Below are positions 20,708 to 28,446 of a DNA stretch of 33,030 bases, piece after piece (the first letter of the stretch is position 1; each line of letters starts with the position of its first letter). The translations under genes were made by a program, and so were the position numbers. The stretch is from a virus (lineage: Duplodnaviria; Heunggongvirae; Uroviricota; Caudoviricetes). The stretch lies in IMG/VR virus record IMGVR_UViG_2548876960_000009, one strand, 5' to 3'. A model generated the notes under the pieces. That model did no database searches. It was not told where the DNA came from and saw nothing but the letters and a program-made list of their open reading frames with translations.

Positions 20708-21460
20708 TTATCTCGTCACTTTTCTTAATTGCACCTCAGCATATGCTTCTTCCTGCCAGCACTTTGTAACCAGTTTATCAATGACATCTGCATATCCTTT
20801 GTACCACTGATAATCAGTCAGGTCTGGTACCAGCTTCTGGACATGACACCGCGCCAGTGTCGTTGGTAAACGACTAAACCGGTTTCCATTGCAACGCCCA
20901 CAAATCTTATAAACAGGTGTGCCATGAAGCCGGGTCCTTTTTTCATCCAAGACAATACCTTTACCCTTACACCCTCTGCACGCTGTGCTGACTTCTCCCT
21001 TACCATGGCAATGCTGACATAGTTCCTTCACCCACTCTTCTTTGATAACAGATTCCCCGCTTCTGGAGTGTTTCACCACTTCGCGCAATACATTATGAAA
21101 TCCAGTACCAGCACAATGCTCACAACGAGCCTTACTTGCCGCAGACCTGGAATAATCAGCAAAGGCAAAATTCACAAGGTAAGGAATAATCTGTAGCCGG
21201 GTTTCTTCACTCAATTTATTCAATGTCGGGTTATCCAGTGCCATCGCGTAATTGAGCAGACCTTCAATCGCAAACTGAGGATCCTGAACACCAACTTTTG
21301 CCAGGAATAAGGCAAACCCAAGCGGTGCTTTCGACTGCACCATCCCCTGCGCAGCCATCACATCCGTAATCGTTAAACCACCAGAGCCTGTCGCCGGTGC
21401 GTCATCACTCAATTTTGGAGATTTTGGGGAGTAATATTTTGGTAAGGCTTCAAGGTTCAT
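20708..21460 (-). CDS. quuQ: Late-gene antitermination protein Q
   Basis: 250-aa ORF with Cys clusters (CEHCAGTGF..., CQHCHGKGE...CRGCKGKG..., CGRCNGNRF); same size as Qin QuuQ as recalled; position upstream of PR' and lysis genes. Confidence 0.85.
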   Translation of the reverse strand: MNLEALPKYYSPKSPKLSDDAPATGSGGLTITDVMAAQGMVQSKAPLGFALFLAKVGVQDPQFAIEGLLNYAMALDNPTLNKLSEETRLQIIPYLVNFAFADYSRSAASKARCEHCAGTGFHNVLREVVKHSRSGESVIKEEWVKELCQHCHGKGEVSTACRGCKGKGIVLDEKRTRLHGTPVYKICGRCNGNRFSRLPTTLARCHVQKLVPDLTDYQWYKGYADVIDKLVTKCWQEEAYAEVQLRKVTR

Positions 21461-21473
21461 GCTCGTTCTCCAC

Positions 21474-22469
21474 TTACGCCAGTACGCCTATTGCCAGCGC
21501 ACGATCGATAAAACGAAATATCAGCTCCAGCTGGGAGCCATACTTCTCTTCAAATGCCACGGTATCCGCATGCAGCTCGTCGTGATGCTTTCTGCACAAA
21601 GGCAACACAAAAAGGTCATGCGCTTTTGTACCCATTCCCCCCTGACCGTGGCCTATCAGGTGGTGGGGATCATCAGCAGGTTTTCCACAACATGCGCACG
21701 GCTGCGTCTTAACCCAGCGCGTGTACTTTTCATTAACCCAGCGGTGACGTTTTGGGCGTAACATAAAAGACTCCGGCGACTCCGGATCCACTTTCAGCGC
21801 CAGCACCTTTTTCGCCTTATCCTGGATGATGCTGGTGGCAGGAACCGAAGGCACAAGGTCACTTTCCCGGGTAACAGACGGCACAACAGGCTTCGGTAAT
21901 CTCAGTGCCTTACGGGCTGCACTTTCCGGTAAGGCATCCGCCAGATCATTACGAATCAGCCACCAGCACAGTTCCGGCATTGTCACAACATGACTGTCAT
22001 CAAAACCGAGATCCCGACGCACAACAGACAACACCCAGCGGGCACAGTTATCCGTTGCCATTGATTCCAGCCGTTCCGTGAACTGATCGCGCAGCTGGTT
22101 ATCGCAGTGCCAGCACAGACGGATTGCGCCCGGAGCGTGTCGCATTGTTGTCATGTTCTCGCTGTGCCAGTCGGAATGAGGCCACTGGCAGCCTTTTTCA
22201 CGAAGTAACCAGCTTTCAAGACATTCCACGCCACCAGCACGACGGATCACTGCCTCATTGCGGAACACGGCCCGAACGGCAGGATCATCCGCCAGCGGTT
22301 GTGATACCGCCGGAACGGCACCACTGGCGAAAGATGAATAACGTTCCGGCTCAGGCTCCAGCAGGACACGCCCCTGCATAAACAAGGGCATCAGCTCTGA
22401 ACCTGGTCTGAACAATACGATCCCCATACGCGGGGCAATTTCAGGGGTCAGTAGTGCTCTCACGGTCAC
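21474..22469 (-). CDS. ydfU: DUF968-family nin-region protein with C-terminal Cys/His cluster
   Basis: 331-aa ORF ending ...CACCGKPADDPHHLIGHGQGGMGTKAHDLFVLPLCRKHHDELH...; position between KilA-N and Q as in Qin ydfU. Family from memory. Confidence 0.55.
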   Translation of the reverse strand: MTVRALLTPEIAPRMGIVLFRPGSELMPLFMQGRVLLEPEPERYSSFASGAVPAVSQPLADDPAVRAVFRNEAVIRRAGGVECLESWLLREKGCQWPHSDWHSENMTTMRHAPGAIRLCWHCDNQLRDQFTERLESMATDNCARWVLSVVRRDLGFDDSHVVTMPELCWWLIRNDLADALPESAARKALRLPKPVVPSVTRESDLVPSVPATSIIQDKAKKVLALKVDPESPESFMLRPKRHRWVNEKYTRWVKTQPCACCGKPADDPHHLIGHGQGGMGTKAHDLFVLPLCRKHHDELHADTVAFEEKYGSQLELIFRFIDRALAIGVLA

Positions 22470-22470
22470 C

Positions 22471-23268
22471 TCAATGAACGGTATCGAGCAGCTTTAACAG
22501 CTCAGGGAATCGGGATTCGAAGAAATGCGGCTGCGTCTCGCGCGGATTTGCAGGACTGGTGATGTTCTTGCCGAACATGCAGCCTTTCGCGGTCAGCGAC
22601 CAGAATTTTTTGATGTTGTTAATCGCGGTACGACTGTATCGTTCGCGTTGTTCAACGATCCCCAGCTTCGCCATCTGGTGATATGCCTGATTAGCCGTCA
22701 GGCGGATACCATACTGCTTCAGCAGTGCACTCAGCGACAGCGTGGGGCGACTTGAGCCATCGTGTGCATCAGCAGGAGCATCAATGGCATAGCGCGGTGC
22801 CAGATTCGGTAAGCCAACAGCCTCCTGGAGTTTCTGGCAGGCACCAAGCACTGAAGAGTTAGACAGGTTTAATTCCCGGCGCATAAAGTCCAGCAGAATC
22901 ACACCAGCCTGCATCTTGTCAGCAGCCTGTCCGGATAATTTTTCCGGTGCGCTGGTTACCATGTCGAAAGTACGGATCACCTTCAGATGGAATGACGGGC
23001 TGATCCACATTGCATAGGCATACACCAGTTCTTTGCAGACATACGTCCCCTGGTTATTTCCGCCACGAATAACGTTAACTGGCTCTATATTGACCGAGTT
23101 GCAAATCTGCAACTCGCTTATTAAACGCTCAGTTTGCTCATTGCGGAGCCAGAATGCAGGCTTATGCTTATCCAGAGAACCAGCAGCCCTGTGCAGATCG
23201 TTCAGGCTGTAACGCCCATAAGCATCACGACGAACTTCAATACCATCAATAACCATCAGATTATTCAT
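22471..23268 (-). CDS. KilA-N domain protein (antirepressor-like)
   Basis: 265-aa ORF with N-terminal MNNLMVIDGIEVRRDAYGRYSLNDLHRAAG...KPAFWLRNEQTERLISEL, typical of KilA-N DNA-binding domains. Confidence 0.6.
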   Translation of the reverse strand: MNNLMVIDGIEVRRDAYGRYSLNDLHRAAGSLDKHKPAFWLRNEQTERLISELQICNSVNIEPVNVIRGGNNQGTYVCKELVYAYAMWISPSFHLKVIRTFDMVTSAPEKLSGQAADKMQAGVILLDFMRRELNLSNSSVLGACQKLQEAVGLPNLAPRYAIDAPADAHDGSSRPTLSLSALLKQYGIRLTANQAYHQMAKLGIVEQRERYSRTAINNIKKFWSLTAKGCMFGKNITSPANPRETQPHFFESRFPELLKLLDTVH

Positions 23269-23287
23269 ACTTCGTTTCTCCTCTTAA

Positions 23288-23677
23288 TCAGGCGGCTGCA
23301 CCCGCCGTTTTCTCGTACTTACTGATAGTGATCTCGACCTTCCCTTCCGGGATAACCGGTCCCCACTCCACCAGCATTCTTTTCACCTGACTGTCGTCTT
23401 CCCACACACCCGCGTGGGTCAGGGCGTCAAACAGCGCCTTGTTATAGTTGTCCAGATCGCGGATCCGGTTATCCGGAGGAAACAACACGATCTCCACTGA
23501 AGCAGGTGCCGACGTTGGTTTTGGCAAACGACGTAACTGCTCAACTATTGCTGCACACGCCGCGCTCTGGAATTTGCGCCCCGCCGCGCTTATCAGGCTC
23601 TTACCAGCAAACGCCCCTTTGTTGGGGTGTCGCCAGTACGTGTTCACGCTGGGCGGAAAAGGCAGGATCAGCTTCAT
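23288..23677 (-). CDS. rusA: RusA-family Holliday junction resolvase
   Basis: 129-aa ORF MKLILPFPPSVNTYWRH...RDLDNYNKALFDALTHAGVWEDDSQV..., RusA catalytic D-x-D-N motif region; ATGA overlap with the Dam stop. Confidence 0.8.
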   Translation of the reverse strand: MKLILPFPPSVNTYWRHPNKGAFAGKSLISAAGRKFQSAACAAIVEQLRRLPKPTSAPASVEIVLFPPDNRIRDLDNYNKALFDALTHAGVWEDDSQVKRMLVEWGPVIPEGKVEITISKYEKTAGAAA

Positions 23678-24327
23678 GCCACCATCTCCCTGACCAGTTT
23701 TTCTGCCTGCTGGCGAACCTGCGCCAGAAAGGCCTCACCACATGCCTCAAGTTCATCGCGCCCGATGTAGCTGATTGCCGGTCCCTTCCAGGTCTTGTCA
23801 AAAACAGCAATAGCACCAGCGAAGAAAGCGCCTGTCGGCACCTGCTTCTCATCTTTCGGGATAAACCAGGCAGGCAGTTCAAAACCAATACGCCCGCGAA
23901 TAAAAGCAATATGGTCCGCATCTTCCGGCCACCACACTTCGCTGGTGGCAGCTTTGATCAGGAAAACATAGCGCCCGCCCTTATCACGCATGGCACTGGC
24001 ATGTTTCATGATGTAACGCATGCCGGTGATGTATTGCCCCTCATGCTGACTGGCGCGACTGTATGGGGGATTGCCAAAGGCAGCACCTTTAAGCTCCGCA
24101 AGGCGTTCTGACCAGTCATGCGCCAGCGCGTTGTCTTCCGCCGTGTAATACGCGGCACATTTGGCGTTATCACCGTCAGTGAACAGATCCAGAACAAACG
24201 GGCCAAACAAGGTGTTAATTCCCCAGAAAATGCTGTCCGGCGTGCGCCACTGATCGCCCACCTCCTTCAGTTCATGGGATGGTTTGTTCCGCAGCTCCAC
24301 CAGCGCCTGACAATATTTATTACTCAT
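23674..24327 (-). CDS. Phage DNA N6-adenine methyltransferase (Dam-like)
   Basis: From ATG at 24327: MSNKYCQALVELRNK...; contains NPPY (GNPPYSRASQ), the amino-methyltransferase motif IV. Confidence 0.8.
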   Translation of the reverse strand: MSNKYCQALVELRNKPSHELKEVGDQWRTPDSIFWGINTLFGPFVLDLFTDGDNAKCAAYYTAEDNALAHDWSERLAELKGAAFGNPPYSRASQHEGQYITGMRYIMKHASAMRDKGGRYVFLIKAATSEVWWPEDADHIAFIRGRIGFELPAWFIPKDEKQVPTGAFFAGAIAVFDKTWKGPAISYIGRDELEACGEAFLAQVRQQAEKLVREMVA

Positions 24328-24419
24328 TAAGCCCCCACGTAAAAAGCATCCGCAATGTCTCCGGAAGTACACCCCGGATGGGCTTCAATGAATTTCTGAA
24401 CTTCATTCAAAAGACTCAT
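24327..24419 (-). CDS. 30-codon micro-ORF coupled between the replication gene and dam
   Basis: ATG at 24419-24417 preceded by GGGGGTG; translates MSLLNEVQKFIEAHPGCTSGDIADAFYVGA; its TAA overlaps the dam ATG (TAATG). Not in the ORF track; may not be expressed. Confidence 0.25.
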   Translation of the reverse strand: MSLLNEVQKFIEAHPGCTSGDIADAFYVGA

Positions 24420-24421
24420 GA

Positions 24422-25363
24422 TCACCCCCTGAATCCTGCCGGGATCTGGCTGTAGTCCACGTTGTCGTAACTGGCTTTGAAGTACGGATCTTCGCGTTTT
24501 TCTGTGTACGTGCTGACGGACGGCGATAAGCGCAGGGAAAGCTCATCCCATTTTTCCCGCAACTTCGACGGGCTGAGCACGTTACGGCACCAGAACGGAT
24601 CGCGGCTGACGCGGCTGTACATCTCGCAGATTTGTTTGTGAGTACGACCATCCTGCACACACATCAGGCGAATTTCGTTTGCCCAGGCTGTCCAGTTCGG
24701 TTCTTTGGGACGAACCACCTCGCCGTCACATTCGGCGGCCTGCTCGTACAGGGCGATGATTTTTTTCCAGAGCCACTGTGCGCAGGTCAAATCATCCTGC
24801 GTTCCCCACTGGCGCTTTTTAGGGCTGAATACAACCGCATCAGGATGGTGATTTAAAAACTCCTGTTCAGCCTTCTGCGTGTCCGGTTGCGAAGCGTCCG
24901 GACGAGAAGTTTTTTTATCTGACGGATCATGTTTTGATTTTACTGACGGATCCCCGCCAGATTCTGACGGGTGAAAACCCGCTTTTTTGCCAGATTTCGA
25001 CGCATCAAATTTTGACGGGTCAGATTTTGATGCGTCAGATTTTGACGGGTCAGAATCTGACAGTTGAGAAAAAGCCGCAGCCTGAAGCTTCGCAACGTTA
25101 AGCTGATAAACATTCGACGCATTGCGGTTACCCTGGCGACGCGCCTTACGCGTTAACCAGCCTTCTGCTTCCAGCCGTGCGATAGCCGTTCTGACGGTAC
25201 TCATCCCCGCGCCAATCTGACGGGCAATGGTTTCAATTGATGGCCAGCACACACCTTCGTCATTACTGAAATCAGCCAGGCGGGCCATAATTGCCACGCT
25301 GGATAATTTCATGCCTGACGCTGCGCAACCATCCCATACATAGCCGGTTAATTTAGTGCTCAT
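24422..25363 (-). CDS. Replication initiator protein (N-terminal winged-HTH, O-like function) with internal origin iterons
   Basis: 313-aa ORF; N-terminus ...VAIMARLADFSNDEGVCWPSIETIARQIGAGMSTVRTAIARLEAEGWLTRK...; the central low-complexity region (SDSDPSKSDASKSDPSKFDASKS) is encoded by tandem DNA repeats; GAGGT 5 nt upstream. Confidence 0.75.
   Translation of the reverse strand: MSTKLTGYVWDGCAASGMKLSSVAIMARLADFSNDEGVCWPSIETIARQIGAGMSTVRTAIARLEAEGWLTRKARRQGNRNASNVYQLNVAKLQAAAFSQLSDSDPSKSDASKSDPSKFDASKSGKKAGFHPSESGGDPSVKSKHDPSDKKTSRPDASQPDTQKAEQEFLNHHPDAVVFSPKKRQWGTQDDLTCAQWLWKKIIALYEQAAECDGEVVRPKEPNWTAWANEIRLMCVQDGRTHKQICEMYSRVSRDPFWCRNVLSPSKLREKWDELSLRLSPSVSTYTEKREDPYFKASYDNVDYSQIPAGFRG
24916..25067. 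repeat. Iteron array (putative replication origin): eight ~15-bp repeats, five contiguous, consensus GATTTTGACGGGTCA
   Basis: Read directly: units at 24916, 24939, 24960, 24993, 25008, 25023, 25038, 25053; the last five abut exactly at a 15-bp period; a T-rich stretch lies at 24911-24917. Confidence 0.8.
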
Positions 25364-25372
25364 GACCGACCT

Positions 25373-25711
25373 CTATTTCCCTGAATTTACGACGAAACTG
25401 TTCGAGCGGGCTGAAGCACTCATGCTCATAGCCTTCACGGAGGTAGATAACCCGTTGTGTTTCCGGCTCCCAACGAATGACTCTGACGGGTACTCCGTAG
25501 TGATCTTTGAACCAGCGGTTAACTTGTCGCAAAGGACTGTCTCCTTCTGCCGGTTGAAATCACCCACAGCCCACTCAGCAAAGCTGTGGGTTACAATTTC
25601 CCTGTCACCTGGTACATTTACTGCATAGCAATACTCCACCTTCGCTTTTCCACCCGGTACAGGAAGCGCAATCAGTTGCGAGCGACGGTAGTGTGTTGTT
25701 AAACTGTTCAT
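25373..25711 (-). CDS. Hypothetical protein (112 aa) coupled to the YdaT-like gene
   Basis: ATG overlaps the upstream gene's stop (ATGA) and ends 9 nt before the replication gene; C-terminal part is low complexity, so the true frame or extent is uncertain. Confidence 0.35.
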   Translation of the reverse strand: MNSLTTHYRRSQLIALPVPGGKAKVEYCYAVNVPGDREIVTHSFAEWAVGDFNRQKETVLCDKLTAGSKITTEYPSESFVGSRKHNGLSTSVKAMSMSASARSNSFVVNSGK

Positions 25712-26271
25712 GCGTTAGTTTCTCCACAGTCACGACACGCCACGGCGCCCGGAGCTGCACACTCGCGGGCGTCACTACTTTCTGAAACGCAAAAGATTTT
25801 GTAGACCAGTGCTGCATGCTCCTGCAGCTTCGAAATTGAGAGGTACAGCTCATCGTTAATTGCTGTCTTCTCATGCGGTTCCACTACACCATCTTCAATT
25901 GCTGAACGAATCTGTTTTGAATAACTGCCGATCTGTTCAATGACCTCCAGCAGGCGTTGGTTGATATCGGCGTTGTCCACATCCTCGATGTCAGGAAGAG
26001 ACACAAAGACGCCATTTGCAGACTGCGCCACAGCATCAGCAATGAAGTGAGTGCCACCAGCACGCTGTAAAACCATTGCCCATCCCAGCGGGAAAATCTG
26101 ATCGCCATCTGCACGAAGGCGGTTGAATAAAGCGTTTTCTGTTACATCGAGCCAGTCAGCCGCTTCAGCGTAACCCCCCGGCAACGCCGCGATAGTTTTT
26201 CTGACAGCTTTCACGTACCACTCAGGCTGTTTTTCTATTTTCCAGTGATGCTTACCCACGATTAGCCTCAT
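25708..26271 (-). CDS. CII-like / YdaT-family early regulatory protein (tentative)
   Basis: 187-aa ORF directly downstream of cro in the PR operon, the position occupied by cII/ydaT in lambdoid prophages; C-terminal Cys pair. Family assignment from context and memory only. Confidence 0.4.
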   Translation of the reverse strand: MRLIVGKHHWKIEKQPEWYVKAVRKTIAALPGGYAEAADWLDVTENALFNRLRADGDQIFPLGWAMVLQRAGGTHFIADAVAQSANGVFVSLPDIEDVDNADINQRLLEVIEQIGSYSKQIRSAIEDGVVEPHEKTAINDELYLSISKLQEHAALVYKIFCVSESSDARECAAPGAVACRDCGETNA

Positions 26272-26302
26272 CGTTCTGTGGTTAAAAATTGAAAGTGTTC
26301 TG

Positions 26303-26494
26303 CTAATCTTTCGGATAGATATCCGGTCTTAAGTCAGATTTCGTAATTGCACCTGACGTGCATTGCTCAAGTTTTTTAGCCAGCACAAAACTGGCTTTTT
26401 TATAGCCATTGAAAACCAGCCGTAAGTAGCCAGGTGTTGAGCCAACTTTTCCGGCCAACTCGCCCTGCTGTTCTTTGGTTAAAGAGTCCCAATA
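26303..26494 (-). CDS. Cro-like HTH repressor (63 aa)
   Basis: From the ATG at 26494 (GGAGGT 9 nt upstream): MKAYWDSLTKEQQGELAGKVGSTPGYLRLVFNGYKKASFVLAKKLEQCTSGAITKSDLRPDIYPKD; divergent from cI across the operator region. Confidence 0.7.
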   Translation of the reverse strand, partial: YWDSLTKEQQGELAGKVGSTPGYLRLVFNGYKKASFVLAKKLEQCTSGAITKSDLRPDIYPKD

Positions 26495-26497
26495 CGC

Positions 26498-26577
26498 TTT
26501 CATACAATATGTACCTCCGGTGTACATATTACATGATTGAAATGAACCTTCAAGATACTTGTACCTTAACGGTACAA
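26498..26577. promoter_or_regulatory. OR-type operator region: two inverted repeats with GTAC-N7-GTAC cores
   Basis: ATATGTAC-ctccggt-GTACATAT (26498-26520) and CTTGTACC-ttaac-GGTACAAG (26557-26577), both perfect palindromic arms, flanking the PR -10/-35. Confidence 0.65.
26525..26552 (-). promoter_or_regulatory. PR-like promoter for cro
   Basis: Minus strand TTGAAG, 16-bp spacer, TAATAT; the -10 abuts operator 1 and the -35 abuts operator 2. Confidence 0.55.
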
Positions 26578-26593
26578 GGGTTTTAATTTCGTT
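26558..26593 (+). promoter_or_regulatory. PRM-like promoter giving a leaderless or near-leaderless cI transcript
   Basis: TTGTAC (inside operator 2), 17-bp spacer, TTTAAT ending 7 nt before the cI ATG at 26594; no Shine-Dalgarno upstream of cI. Confidence 0.4.
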
Positions 26594-27268
26594 ATGAAAA
26601 CAATCCATGACATCCGGCGGTCTAACGCCAGAAAACTGAGAGATGGTGTTGGCGGGAATTCTTCCTTTGCCACTATGATTGATCGCGAGCCAACCCAGAC
26701 CAGCAGGTTTATGGGAGATGGTGCTACTAAAAATATCGGTGACAGCATGGCACGACACATCGAAAAATGTTTCGACCTACCTGTCGGATGGCTCGATCAA
26801 GAACACCAGACAACGAACATCACAAAAAAACCTGATGTTTCAATCACTAATAAACAAATCACATTAGTCCCTGTCATATCATGGGTACAGGCCGGAGCAT
26901 GGAAAGAAGTTGGATATTCTGAGGTTGATTTGAGCACAGCAGAAACGTATCCCTGCCCTGTACCCTGTGGGGAAATGACTTATATCTTGCGGGTGATAGG
27001 TGATTCAATGATTGATGAGTACCGCCCGGGAGACATGATTTTTGTCGATCCTGAAGTACCTGCCTGCCACGGTGACGACGTTATTGCATTGATGCACGAT
27101 ACAGGTGAAACCACCTTCAAAAGGTTAATAGAAGATGGGACACAACGTTATCTCAAAGCGTTAAACCCAAACTGGCCTGAGCCTTACATTAAGATCAACG
27201 GTAATTGCTCTATAATTGGTACAGTGATTTTCTCAGGAAAACCAAGAAGATACAAAATCAAAGCCTAA
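26594..27268 (+). CDS. CI-like repressor (N-terminal HTH, C-terminal S24/LexA-type autopeptidase domain)
   Basis: 224-aa ORF; the C-terminal half contains ...RVIGDSMIDEYRPGDMIFVD... and a downstream Lys consistent with the Ser-Lys dyad; divergent from cro. Confidence 0.8.
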   Translation: MKTIHDIRRSNARKLRDGVGGNSSFATMIDREPTQTSRFMGDGATKNIGDSMARHIEKCFDLPVGWLDQEHQTTNITKKPDVSITNKQITLVPVISWVQAGAWKEVGYSEVDLSTAETYPCPVPCGEMTYILRVIGDSMIDEYRPGDMIFVDPEVPACHGDDVIALMHDTGETTFKRLIEDGTQRYLKALNPNWPEPYIKINGNCSIIGTVIFSGKPRRYKIKA

Positions 27269-27280
27269 TCAATGTTTATG

Positions 27281-27303
27281 AACCTGCTTCGGCAGGTTTT
27301 TTT
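27281..27303 (+). terminator. Intrinsic terminator after cI
   Basis: AACCTGC-TTCG-GCAGGTT followed by TTTTT, 13 nt after the cI stop. Confidence 0.75.
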
Positions 27304-27307
27304 ATAC

Positions 27308-27335
27308 TTGACAATGTACCTTTGAGATACATAAT
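27308..27335 (+). promoter_or_regulatory. PL-like early-left promoter with overlapping operator half-sites
   Basis: TTGACA, 16-bp spacer, CATAAT; the spacer/-10 contain ATGTAC-ctttgag-ATACAT, the same ATGTAC-N7-GTACAT architecture as operator 1. Confidence 0.55.
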
Positions 27336-27444
27336 GTACCCAAGAGAAACAACGAACAGGCAGGACGCCCACGAAGTAGCCGCCTGGGGCATATGAAGTC
27401 CAGGATGATTCGTTAGCAACAAAAAAGCGCCCTACAGGACGCTT

Positions 27445-27457
27445 AGCTCTTTAACAA
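27445..27457 (+). promoter_or_regulatory. boxA-like antitermination element (rrn-type GCTCTTTAACAAT) preceded by a hairpin
   Basis: GCTCTTTAACAAT read at 27445-27457, about 110 nt downstream of the PL -10; imperfect hairpin AGCGCC-CTACA-GGACGCT at 27426-27443 immediately upstream. Confidence 0.45.
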
Positions 27458-27502
27458 TCTGGTCCCCATCAACAAGTAACTGATAACTTGAGGAGATGTG
27501 AA

Positions 27503-27709
27503 ATGCACAAAACAGAACCCAAAATCGTCGCGCCTGGCTACACAGATGAGGAAATTTATGAGTGGATGACAAAGAAGCTGGCAGCTATAAACCAGCTTCG
27601 TGAAGTGCTGTCTTATCGACAGGAAACAATAGACTCCTTAAAAAAACTGGATCAGGAAATCACGGTTTTATCACAGAATGTTACTTTAGATATTGTGCAG
27701 ACAAATTAG
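27503..27709 (+). CDS. Hypothetical 68-aa protein in the N position (first ORF after PL); not arginine-rich
   Basis: ATG at 27503 with GAGGAG 8 nt upstream; MHKTEPKIVAPGYTDEEIYEWMTKKLAAINQLREVLSYRQETIDSLKKLDQEITVLSQ...; its 3' end overlaps the convergent 144-aa gene by 29 nt. Confidence 0.4.
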   Translation: MHKTEPKIVAPGYTDEEIYEWMTKKLAAINQLREVLSYRQETIDSLKKLDQEITVLSQNVTLDIVQTN

Positions 27710-28115
27710 GATCCCATTCATTTTCGTCAAAATCATCAAAGTGATGAATTTGTGATCTCCAGTCTCGATAATCTAAAAATTTCTGGGCGGTTACGCTTAT
27801 TTTATCAAGTGTGAGTTCATCCTGAATTGAAAGAAGAAGTTCATCAAATTTCATCTCATTAATCTGTTTTGGCATCCAGTGATGCTTCATCAGAATAAGG
27901 TGAACCAGAGCCTTTTTCCCATTCAACTGATTATAGGGAGTGCCGAATTTCTTCCGGTGCTCATGTAAGACAAGGTCCAAAAGAGTAAGTAATGTTGCCC
28001 TTGATTCAACTTTGCTTATTTCGACTGATGACACTACCCCACTGATTTCAATGCCCCGATACTTTCCAACATTTTCACAGTGGGATTTGTACAGCGTATA
28101 GATATTACCGGACAT
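27681..28115 (-). CDS. Hypothetical 144-aa protein, AT-rich, reverse-oriented moron next to the immunity region
   Basis: ORF with AAGGAAAAG upstream of the ATG at 28115; composition visibly more AT-rich than flanking phage genes; C-terminal ...RDWRSQIHHF... No family recognised. Confidence 0.55.
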   Translation of the reverse strand: MSGNIYTLYKSHCENVGKYRGIEISGVVSSVEISKVESRATLLTLLDLVLHEHRKKFGTPYNQLNGKKALVHLILMKHHWMPKQINEMKFDELLLSIQDELTLDKISVTAQKFLDYRDWRSQIHHFDDFDENEWDPNLSAQYLK

Positions 28116-28399
28116 TTCTTTTCCTTTTGCGTTGTTGGGGATAACCAGATTAACCGAATCCTTGTTGTTGGGGAATAACTAGGTCCACCTCGCCTGATGT
28201 GGCTAAAAGCAGGCACATAACAGCTAAGTATTTTCAACCAGAGAGAATCCTTAGCGTTGTGGTGAATGCGGCTCAGCGCACGCGGGTTAAGGTTGAGGCT
28301 GACAGTCGACCTTCTGTGGATACCCACCCGCCTGGTGTGCAACCTTCGCCAGGCACCGGGAGGCACCCGGCACCACAACTTTATGCTGTGTGTAGTCTT

Positions 28400-28446
28400 G
28401 GCGGTACCAGCTTATACCCTTGCTTCCAGCTGGTACCGCTCTTTTT
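28400..28446 (+). terminator. Strong intrinsic terminator within the early-left transcription unit
   Basis: GGCGGTACCAGC...GCTGGTACCGCT (12-13 bp stem) followed by CTTTTT; no T-run on the opposite strand. Confidence 0.65.

Noticed and set aside
24940-25122. 60-aa minus-strand ORF with a repetitive LTRQNL sequence
   Set aside because: It is the iteron array read in a second frame of the same strand as the replication initiator; the repetition is at the DNA level and the real gene is in the other frame.
27417-27443. Hairpin read as a minus-strand intrinsic terminator (AGCGUCC-UGUA-GGGCGCU then U-run) for the 144-aa gene
   Set aside because: Not rejected outright, but the same hairpin sits directly upstream of the boxA-like element on the plus strand and about 240 nt beyond the gene's stop; I treat it primarily as part of the nut-like site. 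Strand-specific 3' end mapping would resolve which reading is right.
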